Both the position numbers and the translations under genes were made by a program. From assembly GCF_009914755.1 (NCBI RefSeq), contig NC_060925.1: a stretch of 64,000 nucleotides of DNA. One strand, 5' to 3'. The notes under the pieces were generated by a model. It did no database searches and was not told the origin of the DNA. It saw nothing but the letters and a program-made list of their open reading frames with translations. Source of the stretch: the human T2T-CHM13v2.0 reference genome, Homo sapiens. Position 1 is the stretch's first letter. Every line of letters begins with the position of its first letter. This document shows, piece after piece, positions 29,946-44,450 of this stretch.

Positions 29946-30796
29946 AATATTCTTATTACATCCATTCCATTTTGCAGGTGAGAAAAGGTTGAGTTGCTAA
30001 GTAAAAGAATAAATGGTGTTCAATTTATTGAGTTCAAAACTGGGGTGGGGGATACAGAGGTAGAGAGACTCCAGAAATGCCCTGACTATTGTGCCACCTT
30101 GAGTGCCCAGAGAAGTGCAGGTGGCAGTGGTTGTGAATGTGTGTATTGGCTGGGGCAGGGAAACAGACAGCCCCATTCCCCTGCAAGCCCTGCCCCTGGA
30201 GAGGGATCAGTGGGTCCACAGCTTGTGGCACTTGGTGTGTGTGCTGCCAGGACAGTGGTGAGTGGGGCGAGCATGTGGGGTGCTGGTGACTGTGAGTATG
30301 TCCCAGCAGGACTCGTGGCAGCCTTTACATTTTTGTGGCATGAGATGGAAATTGGAAATAATAAAGAAAGGAGGTGGGGGAGAGACAGAAATAAGAAAGA
30401 AAGAAAAAGCAAGGAAATCATAAAATGTTACCATCCTGCAGGCGCCAGCCTGGGCGATGAAACCACTAATGAGCCTGAGGTTCTGCAGAGCCCAGCATCT
30501 AATTCAAACCAGGCAGATGACAGCCGCGCGGTGCCCCTGCACAAGTGTTAGCATGCACCTTCGAGGCCATGGCACGGGGAGGGAGTCCCAGAGCCCCGAG
30601 AAGTGGAACTCAGCTGCCATCTGCCCAGCCCCAGCAGCCCAGCCCCAGCACCCTGGCTTGGGAGCGGTCCTGCTGCCTCGGGCCCAGAGCACTGCAGAAG
30701 GCCAGTTTGCCCATGCCTCCAACACATCCACATTTCAATCAGGACCACATCTGCAGTGTTTCGTGGTTGGGGGTGTAGCCCTTGCTAAGCTTTTAG

Positions 30797-31128
<332 letters not shown>

Positions 31129-31284
31129 TTTTTGCCCAGCTTTGAGCATTTTGAGGATTTTTTATTCTAGCTCATTTTTTCTAAAAGCACTTGTTCATTT
31201 GAATAATCAACTATAATCATATTTTGATCACTATACCATGAGTTCACTCCTTTCCACAAAGTCTGACTTCCCCTTAGAAGGAGG

Positions 31285-32460
31285 ACAGCGTAGGAATGCT
31301 GGAGTGAGGTGATTTGGGTTTGAATCTCAGCTTCACCAGTACTAGCTGTGTGGTCTTGGGCAAATAATTAAGTTCTGTGTGCCTCAGTTTCCTGTCTTTA
31401 AATGGAGTTAATGATAGTTTCTACCTCCTAAGGTGTTGTCAGAATCAAATGAGATGATATCCAACAAATACTTGGCACTGGGCAAGCACCCAGTGAATTT
31501 AGCAGTTTTGTCTACTTTGAAGCATTTTATGTATTTGTTTACACAAGTGCTCACTGAGCATTTCCTGGAGTTAGGAGCTGCACTGGGAACCAGGGAGACA
31601 ATGTTGAAAGCGACAAACAGGTCCTTGCCTTCCTGGTGCTCCCGGTCCAGTGGGGAAGGCAGCCCAGCAAAGCGGTGATTATGACACAGTGTATTGAGGG
31701 TGGGAGAGAAAGGTTGACGTGAGAGTATAACAAGGGTACCCAGTCCAGTCATAATCGATCAGAGAAGGTTTTCCGGAAGGTGACATCCCAGTTAGGCTTG
31801 AAGAACAAGTAGGTGTTAGTCACTAGGACTGGGTATCCCAAGTAGAGGGAGCAGCCTTTGCAAAGGCTCAGAGGCATAAAACACCAGGAAGCTCCTGGAG
31901 AAACGCAAACAGTGCTGGAAAGCTGAGGGTGAAGGGGATGGAGGGAGGCAGGGGCTAGGTCATGAGGAGCCTCCTATGCCTTAAATGCTAGGCTAAGGAG
32001 CCTGGGTGCTAGACTAAGGTTGGGTTGACCCTTTTTTTGAGCTTCTACTTCCTCATTCATAAAAGTGGGATATCTTGCAGAACTGTTCGGATGAAATGAA
32101 ATGATGCCAGTACTATGCTTGGGACAGGTTGTGCTCCATAGCAAAACCCCACACATGCTAGCTATGATATTATTCTTCTGATCTAGCAGAATTATTATGA
32201 GACTAAATGAGAGCACATGGGCAAAGTTCTCAGCACGAAATTATAGAGCATGGTTGTTAAGGATTTGTATTCTGGAGCCAGACTGCTTGGGTTCATATCC
32301 TGGATCCACCACCCAATAGTGGGCAAGTTCCCTCGCCTGTCTGAGCCTCAGTTTCCTGGTCTATAAAATGGGGACATGAACCCTGTATGTTGTGAGGATG
32401 AAGAATGCATGTAAAGAGCCCAACAGTTCCTGGCAGATGATAAGCACTCATTCAATAAAA
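31285..32460. mobile_element. Cluster of MIR (+, ~31285-31505, ~32245-32460) and L2 (-, ~31530-32000) relics
   Basis: MIR cores CTAGCTGTGTGGTCTTGGGCAA and TCTGGAGCCAGACTGCTTGGGTTCA; L2 motif AGAGGGAGCAGCCTTTGCAAAGGCTCAGAGG. Confidence 0.75.
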
Positions 32461-32529
32461 CTGCTGGCAACTGCTAGAGCTTACTCAACCCAACCAGCGT
32501 CGATGCAACTTCCATCTTCACATCCCATT

Positions 32530-33680
<1,151 letters not shown>

Positions 33681-33914
33681 CGCATTCAATTTCATCTCAA
33701 TTATACACAATCCTATTTGAATGAGTAATTTATCAGTTGTCACATGTTTGTTTGTTTTCAAGATGGTGGAATAAATACAATTCAAGTTAAACTGCTTTTA
33801 AAAATTGGGTGAGAATCACACAGCCTTAAAGTTATTGCAGAGTTAGTAGGTAAACAGAGAACTCTGTTAAATGCTGTGTCCTTGGCATTCAACGTAAATG
33901 GCCGGTGTTATTAG

Positions 33915-34330
<416 letters not shown>

Positions 34331-36159
34331 GAAGAAGATGGAGACTCTCCTTAAGGCGCAATCAAATGGCAGCCAGCACTCAACCCCAAAGCCTATCCCC
34401 TGAGCAGACTGTGTTCCCTCATTGGGCCATGTTTCTGAGCCGAGTGCCAAAGCCTTGGGTAGGAGTTGGCAGGGTCTTATCCTCCCTTACCAGCCTCCCC
34501 CACCCCATGGATCTTCTCTTCATTAGGAAGTTCCTGGGCTTGGAAGAGCAACCGCCTCTCCTCCACATCCTCCACAGAGCTGCCCTTGTGGGGGTGGATT
34601 GGGTATTGATTCTCATTGTGTTTTTGCAGTGATTGCAGATGTTGGAGTGGGTGGGAAACATCACCTACTCCCCAGCTTCAGAAACCCCTGTGCGTCACCA
34701 GATCAACCAAAAACATTCCTCCCAGGCTTTGGGGTGGATGCCACAGTCCGCCATGTCATGAAGGGAGCAAAGAAAAGCCCTAGACTCGGAATCAGCTCCT
34801 TGCCTGCTCGAGAGGTCACTGCCCCACTTTGAGAGCATTTTTCCCATCCAGGAAATGGGGACATGCCTGTCTCACAGGAAAGCTGGGAGAATTCGATGAG
34901 ATTATGTGTCTTATTATAAACCTCAAGGAATAATGCGTTGAAAGTCACCGAGCTGACGCTAGAGTGATGCTTAACATAACTTCGTGGGGATGAAATCACA
35001 AGAATTTCTTCAGCACCGAAAGCAACATTCCTCACATTTCCTAAACTGCCATGGATCTGATGCCCCATTTCCACAGCGTTCTTTTGGTTGCAAATGATAG
35101 ACGCAGAGAATTGAAAGAAAGACAGACAGAGACAGACACAGAGAAAAGAAAAAATGCTGCAGATAAAATGACCAGGTTGGGGGAGGAAGATGAGGGAACA
35201 GAGAATGGCCAACAGAAAATCAGAGGCATTGAAAAAAATAATGCATAAAAGAGCTAAAGATCCCAGGAGAGAAAAGGAGGAGTGGGAGAGACAAGAGGGG
35301 CTGAGGGTGAAGGAGAAGAGGCAGAAAACTTAGAAAGCCAGGGATGGAGGTGGGAGGGTTGCCAGCAGCAGAGGGGCAGGGGTCAGAAGCTGACCAGGAC
35401 ACGGCCCAGGCACTTAAGCTGAGGCCTAGACAATGTGGCTCTGAGACGTCATCCTCAGTGACGGGGGAAGAGTCAGAGAGGAGAGTGGCCATGGCACCTG
35501 GGCTGCATGACCCCTTGGGCCATATGGCTCTGGGTTGGGGTTGAGGAGAGAGCTTGTGCTTTCTAGCCCCTACCCCTGATCCAGAGAAGAGAGAAGACCA
35601 TCTGTTCCATTTGTGATGCCAGCACCTCCTCTTTACCACCAAGGTCCAGGACAGAAAACCCAGCATCTGTTTAGCAGTCAGATATTGACCTTTGTCCACA
35701 GGTCAGTGATTTCTAGAAGGTCACAAGCAGGTGGAACCTCAAAGTCCAGTTGGTCCAACCCTCCCTCTCTCACTGTCCATTATGAAGATGAGGGTTCAAG
35801 GCTCAGAGGGAGGGAGACTACCTGAGTTACCAAGTGAGATCGTGGCTGTCTAGAGCACAGCCCAAGCCTCCTGCCACCGGAGGAGAGGGCTGAGAATAGA
35901 GGGGGTGGAGGGTGAGGGGAGGTCTCAGACCTGGGAGGCTGGGAGAGGGGCAGGGCTCTCCTCTCTGTACAAGGCAATGTTCATCTTCACAGATGCATCC
36001 TCGGTACTTAGAAGAAGCCTGGCATGCATGGGGTCGTTAGCAAATATTTGCTGAATTAGTTAAAGGAGGTTTTCCAGACTGAGCACAGGAAAGCCATCTG
36101 GTGACCCCTCTGCCCCTACCAGAGCATGTCACTGGCTGCCCTTGGGGCTCCGGGGAAAG

Positions 36160-36520
36160 CTCAGGCTGAGGTTACAGCATAGCTGGGAGCAGGATTCAGG
36201 GCCTGGGTTAGGTTTGAGTTTTAGGACTGGGCTGTAGCTGCAGTGGGTTTGAGGTTAGGCCTGGGGTTGGCAGAGGTTGAGTTTAGCTTGGGATAGAGCT
36301 GATGTCTGGTTTGGACTGTGGATGGGGCTGGCGCAGCTGTGGGATGGTGTTTAGAGCTGGGGCTGGTGCCCAGGTCCAGCTGGGATGAGGGCTAAAAGGA
36401 GGGTTTGAGGTGGGTGCTGATGTGTATCCAGCCTGGCTTGAAGCTGGTTTGGGAATGGCCCTGGGATTTGCTCTAGGGTTGGTTTGGAGGCTGTTGGAGG
36501 AATCGGGGCTGGGGTTCCAT
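36160..36520 (+). repeat. Degenerate G/T-rich low-complexity tract (GGGCTG/GGGTTA/GGTTTG-like units)
   Basis: Strong G+T strand skew with recurrent hexamer-like units. Confidence 0.6.
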
Positions 36521-37074
36521 TCCTTCCATTCCCCCGGCCCCATGCCCTTCTGGACAGAAATCCTCCCCCAAGCTTGCCCACTGGGTCCTTCTCAGAGTCT
36601 TGACAGTGGCTCACAGGAGGGCAAGAAAAATGACATCCTCTGACCTGGTGCTGCAGCCTGAGACACACAGACTTGGTGGTTCTCAAGGGGTACCAGGCTG
36701 GCCCCCAGCCCCAGCTGGGATGGGGCATCTTTACAGCTCTGGCAGACTCATGAAAAGTAATGGGGCCTTGCCATTTACTGCCTTTTCACAAAGAAAATAT
36801 ATCAAGTGAGACATATTTTTCTTAGAGGCAACATAAATATTTATCAGTGTTGTGGCTTCCTGGGCCCCTGATTTATAGAGGACCTGGGCTATGGGGCAGG
36901 ATTCCTCCCAGTGGCTGCTGAATCCCTGAGCCCAAGTGTTAACGGGTAGAGTCAGGTTTCTACCCCTCAGGACTTGGCAGGAGGTGCTGATGGAGCCAAA
37001 AGCAGAGATGGGAACTTCTACCAACTGGGAAGAAGGGAGACCCACCATCAGGTCTTGGTTCCTACCTCTGTATA

Positions 37075-37450
37075 AAAGTATGGGGATTTGGAGCCAGATG
37101 AACCTCCGTTTTAATCTCAGCTCTGGTACCTATAAATCAGTTACATCGTCTCCTTGAGCCTCATTTTCCACACCTCTAAAAGTGGGACAATTCTTCCCTA
37201 ATAGAGCTGTTGAGAGGATTTGTCCGGCTCAAGGTCTGGCTTATAGGAAACACACAGGAAAGGTTTGCTGGCTCTTGTTTCTCAGTAGAGGTTGAGAGAT
37301 CAGTCTCTGGAAGTCAGACAGACCTGGGTTTACATCTTGGCTTTGTCACTCGTAATCTGGGGGGCCCTGAGCAAGTCACTTCACCTTTCTGAGCCTCAAT
37401 TTCCTCATCTGTAAAATGGGCCAAGTAAGAGTATCTCCTATCTCATAGGG
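37075..37450 (+). mobile_element. Two MIR SINEs
   Basis: TGGAGCCAGATGAACC...GAGCCTCATTTTCC and CAGACAGACCTGGGTTT...GAGCCTCAATTTCCTCATCTGTAAAATGGG. Confidence 0.8.
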
Positions 37451-37451
37451 A

Positions 37452-37900
37452 TGCATTGGTCAGAGTGAATGGTTGCAAGCAACAGAAACTGACTGTCTCT
37501 GACAAGTGCAAAAGGGAATTTAATGAAAGGATATCAGGAGCTCACAGAACCTATAAGAAACTGGAAGACCAGGCCTAGAAAGTAGATAGAATGCAAGGAG
37601 TGATGGAAGAATAGGCCAAAGAATGATTCATCAATCAAGGCAGCAGACTCTAGAGCAAGCGGGAGCAGCCCAGGGTGCAGGCTGCCACAGCCACAGTGAT
37701 GGCCAGGACTGCAGAGGCCCCTGAGCCTCTGCATCACTAGCTCAATGTTCAAGGCCCAATTGATGTTCTATGCTTATCTCCTGCCCATTTCTTTGGTCTC
37801 CAGGGTTGGGGTACCATGACCTCCCACCAGTCTATGTTCACTAAGGATGCCCCAGGAAAGACCAGGGTGCTCATGCAGTAGGGGTTTGGCACTCTCAACA
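37452..37900 (-). mobile_element. Old MLT1-type LTR
   Basis: TGGTTGCAAGCAACAGAAACTGACT...AAAAGGGAATTTAATGAAAGGATATCAGGAGCTCACAGAA; distal boundary uncertain. Confidence 0.65.
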
Positions 37901-38314
37901 AGGTCCATGACAGAGGTCTTTGAAAATGAAATAAGACCACACTCACTGATGCCCCTGTGCCTGGCACTGAGCGTCACTCCTCAAATGGCAGCCATTAGCT
38001 GTTGTGACAGCCTCCTCCAGTGTGAGCTGTGCCTGCAGTGGCCCCTGGACTAAAGGTGGCAGATATGGACAGAGCTGGAGATTGGCTCAGGAAGTGCCAT
38101 CTGCTCATCAGGCAGCCTGACATGAGGGAAAGAGCACTGGACCAAGAGTCTGGCCCTGCTTCTTGTCCCATCTCTGCCACTAATTAGCAATGCCAGCCTG
38201 ACAGCCCCTCCCTCCCCTCCGAGATTCCAGTTTCTCCGCTGGGAAACAGCATCAGTGCTACCTTCCCTGACTCTGTCACCAGAAGGCTGGGAGGTGCATA
38301 TTTAATAACACATA

Positions 38315-38615
38315 GGCCAGGTGTAATGGCCCACAACTATAATCCCAGCACTTTGGGAGGCCGAGGCAGGAGGATCACTTGAGCCAGGAGTTTGAGACCA
38401 GCCTGGGCAACATGGTGAAGCCTCAACTTCAAAAAATACAGAAAACTAGCTGGGTGCGGTGGTGTAGGCCTGTAGTCCCAGCTACTCAGGAGGCTGAGGC
38501 AGGAGGGTCACCTGAGCATAGGAGGTTGAGGCTGCAATGAGCCACGATTGCACCACAGCACTCTAGCCTTGGTGACAGAGTGATACCCTATCTCAAATAA
38601 CAATAATAATAACAA
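38315..38615 (+). mobile_element. AluJ
   Basis: J-type dimer with (AAT/AAC) tail. Confidence 0.9.
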
Positions 38616-38624
38616 CACATGGAA

Positions 38625-39055
38625 ATATTATTTTTTCAATTTTTAATGTTTTTAATAACTTTAAAATCTTTCCAAAATAATTTATATTCCATAGAGTTCA
38701 CCCTTTTAAAGTATACAATCCAGTGATTTCTATTCGCAACGTTGTGCAACCATCACTACTAATTCCAGAACATTTCATCATCTCCAAAAGAATCCTGTAT
38801 CCTTTAGCAATCATCCCTCATTCTTTCCTCCCCTCAGCCCCCGGCCGCCACTAATCTCCTTTCTGTCTCTATGGATTTGCCTGTTTTGACAAATGGAATC
38901 ATGCAATGCGTGGTCTTTTGTGTCTGGTTTTTTTCACTTAGCATAGTGTTTGCAAGGTTCGGCCATGGTGAGGCACGTGTCAGTGCCTCATTACTTTTCA
39001 CAGCTGTATACTATTTTGTTGCATGGATATGCCACAGTTTGTTTACCCATTCATG
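38625..39055 (-). mobile_element. L1MB/MC-like 3' fragment
   Basis: GTTGTGCAACCATCACTACTAATTCCAGAACATTTCATCA...CTTTCTGTCTCTATGGATTTGCCTG. Confidence 0.85.
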
Positions 39056-39393
39056 TAGGATTCTTTTTAGTTGACACAGGGCCGGGGCCGGGGCTTCAGG
39101 TGTTCTCACGGAGGGAGAGGCTAGAGCAGAACCAAGAGGAAGGGCTTCATCTAAACAGGGGAGGTGTGTGCAGCCTGAACGGATCTGTCTCCGGCTCCGC
39201 TTACTCTCAAAGTGCCTGAAGGCATTTCAGAGAGTTCCTGGATTCTGAGAATCGGAAATTATTGCTACCTAGACTCTGAGCTTTCCATCACCTCTGCCTC
39301 AAACTCAAGCTGACTATGGGCATAGGGCCTTCTTGGAGGTTGGAGTCAGTGGACAGAGTTGAGCCAGGCACATAGAAGTGATTAATAAATACG

Positions 39394-39650
39394 TGGATGG
39401 ATAAATGGATGGATTGAATAGATGGATGATTGCATGGAGGGATGCAAGGGTTCATGTGGAAAAATGGATGGATGGATGGATGGATGGATGGATGAATGGA
39501 TGGATAGATGGATGAATGGATGGATGGGTGGATGAATGGATGGATGGGTGGCTGAATGGATGGATGGGTGGATGAATGGATGGATGGGTGGCTGAATGGG
39601 TGGGTGGGTGGATGGATGGACAGAATGGATAGATGGAAGACTGGATGAAT
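39394..39650 (+). repeat. (GGAT)n/(GGGT)/(GAAT) complex tetranucleotide repeat
   Basis: Directly visible; includes a higher-order ~20-bp unit GAATGGATGGATGGGTGG(A/C)T. Confidence 0.95.
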
Positions 39651-39697
39651 AAATTGGCACACAGAGCTGGCAATATATTCTTGCCAAGGCCCACTTT

Positions 39698-40001
39698 GTT
39701 TGTTTGTTCTGAGACAGTGTCTTGCTCTGTCACCTAGGCTGGAGTGCAGTGGTGCAAACACGGCTCACTGCAGCCTCTGCGTCCTGGGTTCAAGCAAGCC
39801 TCCTGCCTCAGCCTACCATGTAGCTGAGACCACAGACATTCACCACCATGCCTGGCTAATTTTTTTGTTTGTTTGTTTGTTTGTAGAGATAGGGTCTCAC
39901 CATGTTGACCAGGCTGGACTCAAACTCCTGGACTCAAGTGATCCTCCCACCTCAGCCTGCCAAAGAGCTGGGATTACAGGCATTAGCCATCGCACCTGGC
40001 C
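39698..40001 (-). mobile_element. AluJ
   Basis: 16-bp TSD TGCCAAGGCCCACTTT (39682-39697, 40002-40017). Confidence 0.95.
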
Positions 40002-40550
40002 TGCCAAGGCCCACTTTATGCATGGGAGAAAGATAAATTTTTTACCTAGAGGGAAATCCTAGCACAAGGCATCCTTGAGTCAAAAGACCTATCATTTAAG
40101 TACTAACTCTTAAACAGGCGTAGGAAGGATCACATCTTAAATCTTTAGAGTTTCAAATCAAATGATCTAGCTGTGTTTAGCACACTGAAGGTGCTTACGA
40201 CATAGTTGGAAATGAATGGATGAATAAATGAATGCCTTGAACAAATGAACAAACCTACTTCCCACCCAATTTGTGAATTAGGAAAGCGACATCCATTTTA
40301 GAAATGAGGAGAGTGACACCTAAAGTCACCCGGCAGATCAGGGTCAGGCTGTGGTATGGAATCCAGGCCAACTGGAAGTCCAGCATTCTTTTCCCCATAC
40401 CAGGCAGTTTCCCGGTTCCTGATCTCAGCAGGGACATGTCATGTAAACCAGACGAGTCATTTCCAGGCCTTGTGTTTTGTATTCTCCTACCTAGGACAAG
40501 AAGGTCACTGAAGTGACCACATGTCTATTTGATGTTTGTTTGAGACTGGG

Positions 40551-40578
40551 GTGTGTGTGTGTGTGTGTGTGTGTGTGT
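40551..40578 (+). repeat. (GT)14 microsatellite followed by a GA-rich tract
   Basis: Directly visible. Confidence 0.95.
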
Positions 40579-41151
40579 CTTTGAATGAGAGAGAAAAAGA
40601 GAGAGAGAAAAAAAGAGACAGAGAGAGACAGAATGCATACATTCTCACGAATGGAAAGGCAAATACATCTTGTCAGCAGCTTCCACCTTCCCGTGGTGCA
40701 GCTGTAACATGTCAGGTGTATTGGGGCACCCGAGATAAGCTGGTTTTGACATGCTGCAGATGCCTTCCTACCTCCCAGGGAGGCTGTGACCACCCCATGT
40801 GACAGAGACAATGACATTCAACATCTGGGTAGCAGCTTATGTGAGGTCATGACTCAGTGCCCAGCACATGGCAAGTACCCAGTGAGTGGTGGCTGCTTTC
40901 ATTACTTAATAGCAATCTCCCTGGCCCAGACCTTCTTACCAGGCTCATACTTTCCAGCACACTGAACTGGGATCAGGAGGTCTAATTCTACTCCCAGCTC
41001 TGACATCCACTTTCTGTGGGACCCTGGATGTCTAACCTCCCCGGGCCTCCATCTCCTCATCTGTAGAACGGAGAAAATCATACCCTCCTCACAGGGCTGC
41101 TGGGAAGACAACCAGAGAGACAGGCTATGGGGGCACTTTGCATGCTATAGA

Positions 41152-41363
41152 CAAGGGGCAGCAAACTACCAGGGACAAATCCAGCATGCCACTTTGTAAA
41201 TAAAGTTTTGTTGGAATGCATCCACCCTCATCCACATACGTATTGTCTGTGGCTGCTTTCACACAACGGTAACAGAGCCAAATAGTTGTAACAGAGACTA
41301 AAGGTCTGCAGAGTCTAAAATATTTAGTATCTAGCCCTTTAAGGAAAAATTTAGCTGCTCCTG
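41152..41363. mobile_element. MER58A (hAT-Charlie)
   Basis: TTTGTAAATAAAGTTTTGTTGGAA...TATTGTCTGTGGCTGCTTTCAC...CTAAAATATTTAGTATCTAGCCCTTT. Confidence 0.9.
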
Positions 41364-41544
41364 CTATTGAGCGATTATTCCCAGGTGTTAGCAGCCTTCC
41401 TCCTTCCTCTTCCCTGGGAGATGCTCACTCTCAGGCCCTCCCCAAAGGCTGGTGCAAGGCCTGGGTATCTCCTCTTTGACAAGGTTTCCTGGTGACTCTG
41501 ATGAAGAAAGGCCCTTGGTCCAGACTGCAAAACACACCAGGGTA

Positions 41545-41760
41545 GCGGACTCAGACAGACTTGAGATCAAATCCCTGTTCTATCACTTCCCACCTGTGTG
41601 ACTGCAGACAAGTTGCTTAACCTCTCTGAGCCTCAATGTACTTATCTACAAAATGTGGACAACAATGCCTATCCCTTAGAGCTCCTGGGAAGATTAAATG
41701 AGACAATGTCTATAAAGGGCTCAGTCAGGCCTGACACAGGATGGGTGCCTGGTAATTGAC
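41545..41760 (+). mobile_element. MIR SINE
   Basis: CAAGTTGCTTAACCTCTCTGAGCCTCA...AAGATTAAATGAGACAATG. Confidence 0.85.
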
Positions 41761-42009
41761 AGGTTTTTCTTCCTGCATCCCTAAACTAATTTAGTCCCTG
41801 GGTATGCTGCATCTTCTCAGTTCTCCCAGAACCCTCCTAGCTTCTCCCTTTCTGCCCCACTGTGGCCTCTTAGGGGGACTCTGCCCCCCATCTTTGTTGA
41901 AGGTCCTTCTTCCCCAGCAGGGAGAGGTACATTTGCTGAGAGGCAGCGCTGGGGAGCTGGTCTGATAGAGCCTGGAGTCCTCGGCCCATTTCTGACACTG
42001 AAACACCAG

Positions 42010-42085
42010 CTCCGTGTTTACACAAGGACTCTCATAATATTTGCTTTCTGTGGCCATTATTTGTCCAGGGGCTGACGTCAGATGA
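42010..42085. promoter_or_regulatory. Candidate enhancer: forkhead motifs plus full CRE
   Basis: TGTTTAC 42015-42021, TATTTGC 42038-42044, TATTTGT 42058-42064, TGACGTCA 42073-42080; motif evidence only. Confidence 0.35.
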
Positions 42086-42723
42086 AGACAAGCAACTCCC
42101 CACTAGCGCTTTCAAAGCACAAGGTCAGCACCTCCCTGTCCCCGCTCCACTGTCCCATCCCCTGGCTCCTTGTCTCAGTTTTCTAAACTAACCACACTCC
42201 AGGCTTTGGGTGACTTAGCAAATGTGTTGGCGTGGGACCAGCAGAAAGGCAGATTCTGGTCCCAGCCTGTCGCTAACTAGCTGGGCGACCTTGGGAGGGT
42301 CTGGGTCCTCTCCCTGGGCCTCAGTTGCCTCCTCTGTGCCCTGGGAGGGTCGCTTCCAGCGCCACAATTCCATGACTGTGGAACTTCAAGAACCCCCCAG
42401 GCTGGGAGATTCCAGCACCCACTGTCACTCTCCTTCCCCACCCCTCCACCCTTCTCAAGCTGCCTAAGAGTGGGAGGAAAGTGAACAGAAATTGTGAAAA
42501 CAAAGCCACACTTCGACTTAACTACAACCCTGCCGACAGCACAATCTTTCATCAAGATAGAAAATAAGAAGTGAAAAAAGCTACAAGGCTTCAACTGGGC
42601 ATTTTAACATGGAGGTATGTCCTCCAGCACAGCAAATACCCTGCACCCTGACCAGGGTGGGGAGCCTGTGAATGGACATAAGTCCAGCCTCTTCCACCCA
42701 TCTGCCACTCATATGAGAAGGTT

Positions 42724-43040
<317 letters not shown>

Positions 43041-43614
43041 TCAAGTTGTAGGTAAAGCCACCTATGTCACAGGGCCAGCTCTGCTTCCCAGGGAGGGGGA
43101 AGAATCATGCGTATAAGTCCAAGGGGAGAAAAAAAAATGGCAAAACCAATCCAGGGAGTTACTGACCCCACTGAAATGTGGATCCATACCAAAGACATAC
43201 GGGTCCATACCTCCAAAGGACTAAATAAAGGACACTCAGCTGAAACCTCAGCCCGAGGGACTTTAGTAGGTCACATCAAACCCTTTCCTGACTTGGCATG
43301 GGCCAGTGCGGGACAGTCCAGTAGTTTAAGCAAGTCTATGGAGCCAAACAGACCTGGGTCTGAATTCCGGTAAGGCCACCCAGTGGCTGGGTGACCCAGG
43401 GGGAGCTATGGCGCCTCTCTGAGCCTGGGTTTTCCCAGCTATGAAATGGAGATGATAATAATTCATACCTCTTGGGGCTGTTGTGAGAACGTAAGGAACA
43501 GTTCAGTGCCTATGCCAGTTTGAAGGTCATACGGGGCCCTAGCCAAATGATCTTCTCCTTGGGTTACTGGATGATTCTTCAAGGGTGATAACCATCAAGA
43601 CCTACTGTGGCGGA

Positions 43615-44052
43615 TCAGGCACGGTGGCTCATGCCTGTAATCCCAGCACTTTGGGAAGCAGAGGCGGGCAGATCATTTGGGGTCAGGAGTTTGAGACCAG
43701 CCTGGTCAACATGGTGAAACCCTCTCTCTACTAACAATATAAAAATTAGCCAGGTGAGATGGCTCATGCCTGTAATTCCAGCACTTTTTGAGGCCTAGGC
43801 AGGTGGATCATTTGAGTTTAGGAGTTTGAGACCAGCCTGGCCAACATGGTGAAACCCCATCTCTACTAAAAATACAAAAATTAGCTGGGTGTGGTGGTGT
43901 GCACCTCTAATCCCAGCTACTCGGCAAGGCTGAGGCAGGAGAATTCCTTGAACCCAGGAGGCAGAGGTTGCAGTGAGCTAAGATTGCACCATTGCACACT
44001 CCAGCCTGGGCAACAGAGCAAGACTCCATCAAAAAATAAATAAATAAATAAA
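43615..44052 (+). mobile_element. Alu left arm plus full AluS (trimer) with (AAAT)n tail
   Basis: Left-left-right structure; possible degenerate TSD ACCTACTGTGGC/ACCCACTCTGGC. Confidence 0.9.
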
Positions 44053-44431
44053 ACCCACTCTGGCATGGAGAACATCTGAGTTCTTTGAAGCACTCACATG
44101 TACATTCTCATTTGTAGCACTTCTCACAACAGTGCCATAAGGTGGGTCACTCTCCACAGTCTGTAGATACAAAAACTGAGGATCGAACAGACAAAGCCAT
44201 TTGTCCAGAGCTCACCACAAGCCCTCGCCCTGAAGCCCAGGACTTTGACTCCTAGTCATTGCTCTGGCACCTCCTTCCACAGGCTCAGATCCTACTGGCC
44301 CCATGTGGCCTCGGTGGGTCCAGCTGTGTCCAGAGGCCTCCCAGACACTGGCTCCAGGCCTCTCAATTTCTCTCCAGCCTCAAAAGGAGGTTCAGACAGC
44401 GGAGGTGAGCTCAGCCAGAAGTGTGAGGAGA

Positions 44432-44450
44432 CAGCGCCCTCCAGTGGCCT
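44432..44450 (-). promoter_or_regulatory. Candidate CTCF site
   Basis: Reverse strand AGGCCACTGGAGGGCGCTG resembles the CTCF core (CCAC[C/T]AG[A/G][G/T]GGCGC), one core mismatch. Confidence 0.5.

Noticed and set aside
35009-35029. REST/RE1 site (TTCAGCACC)
   Set aside because: Left half only; the GGACAG right half is absent.
39288-39761. HPSI/PSIH-repeat ORFs
   Set aside because: Translation of the (GGAT)n microsatellite.
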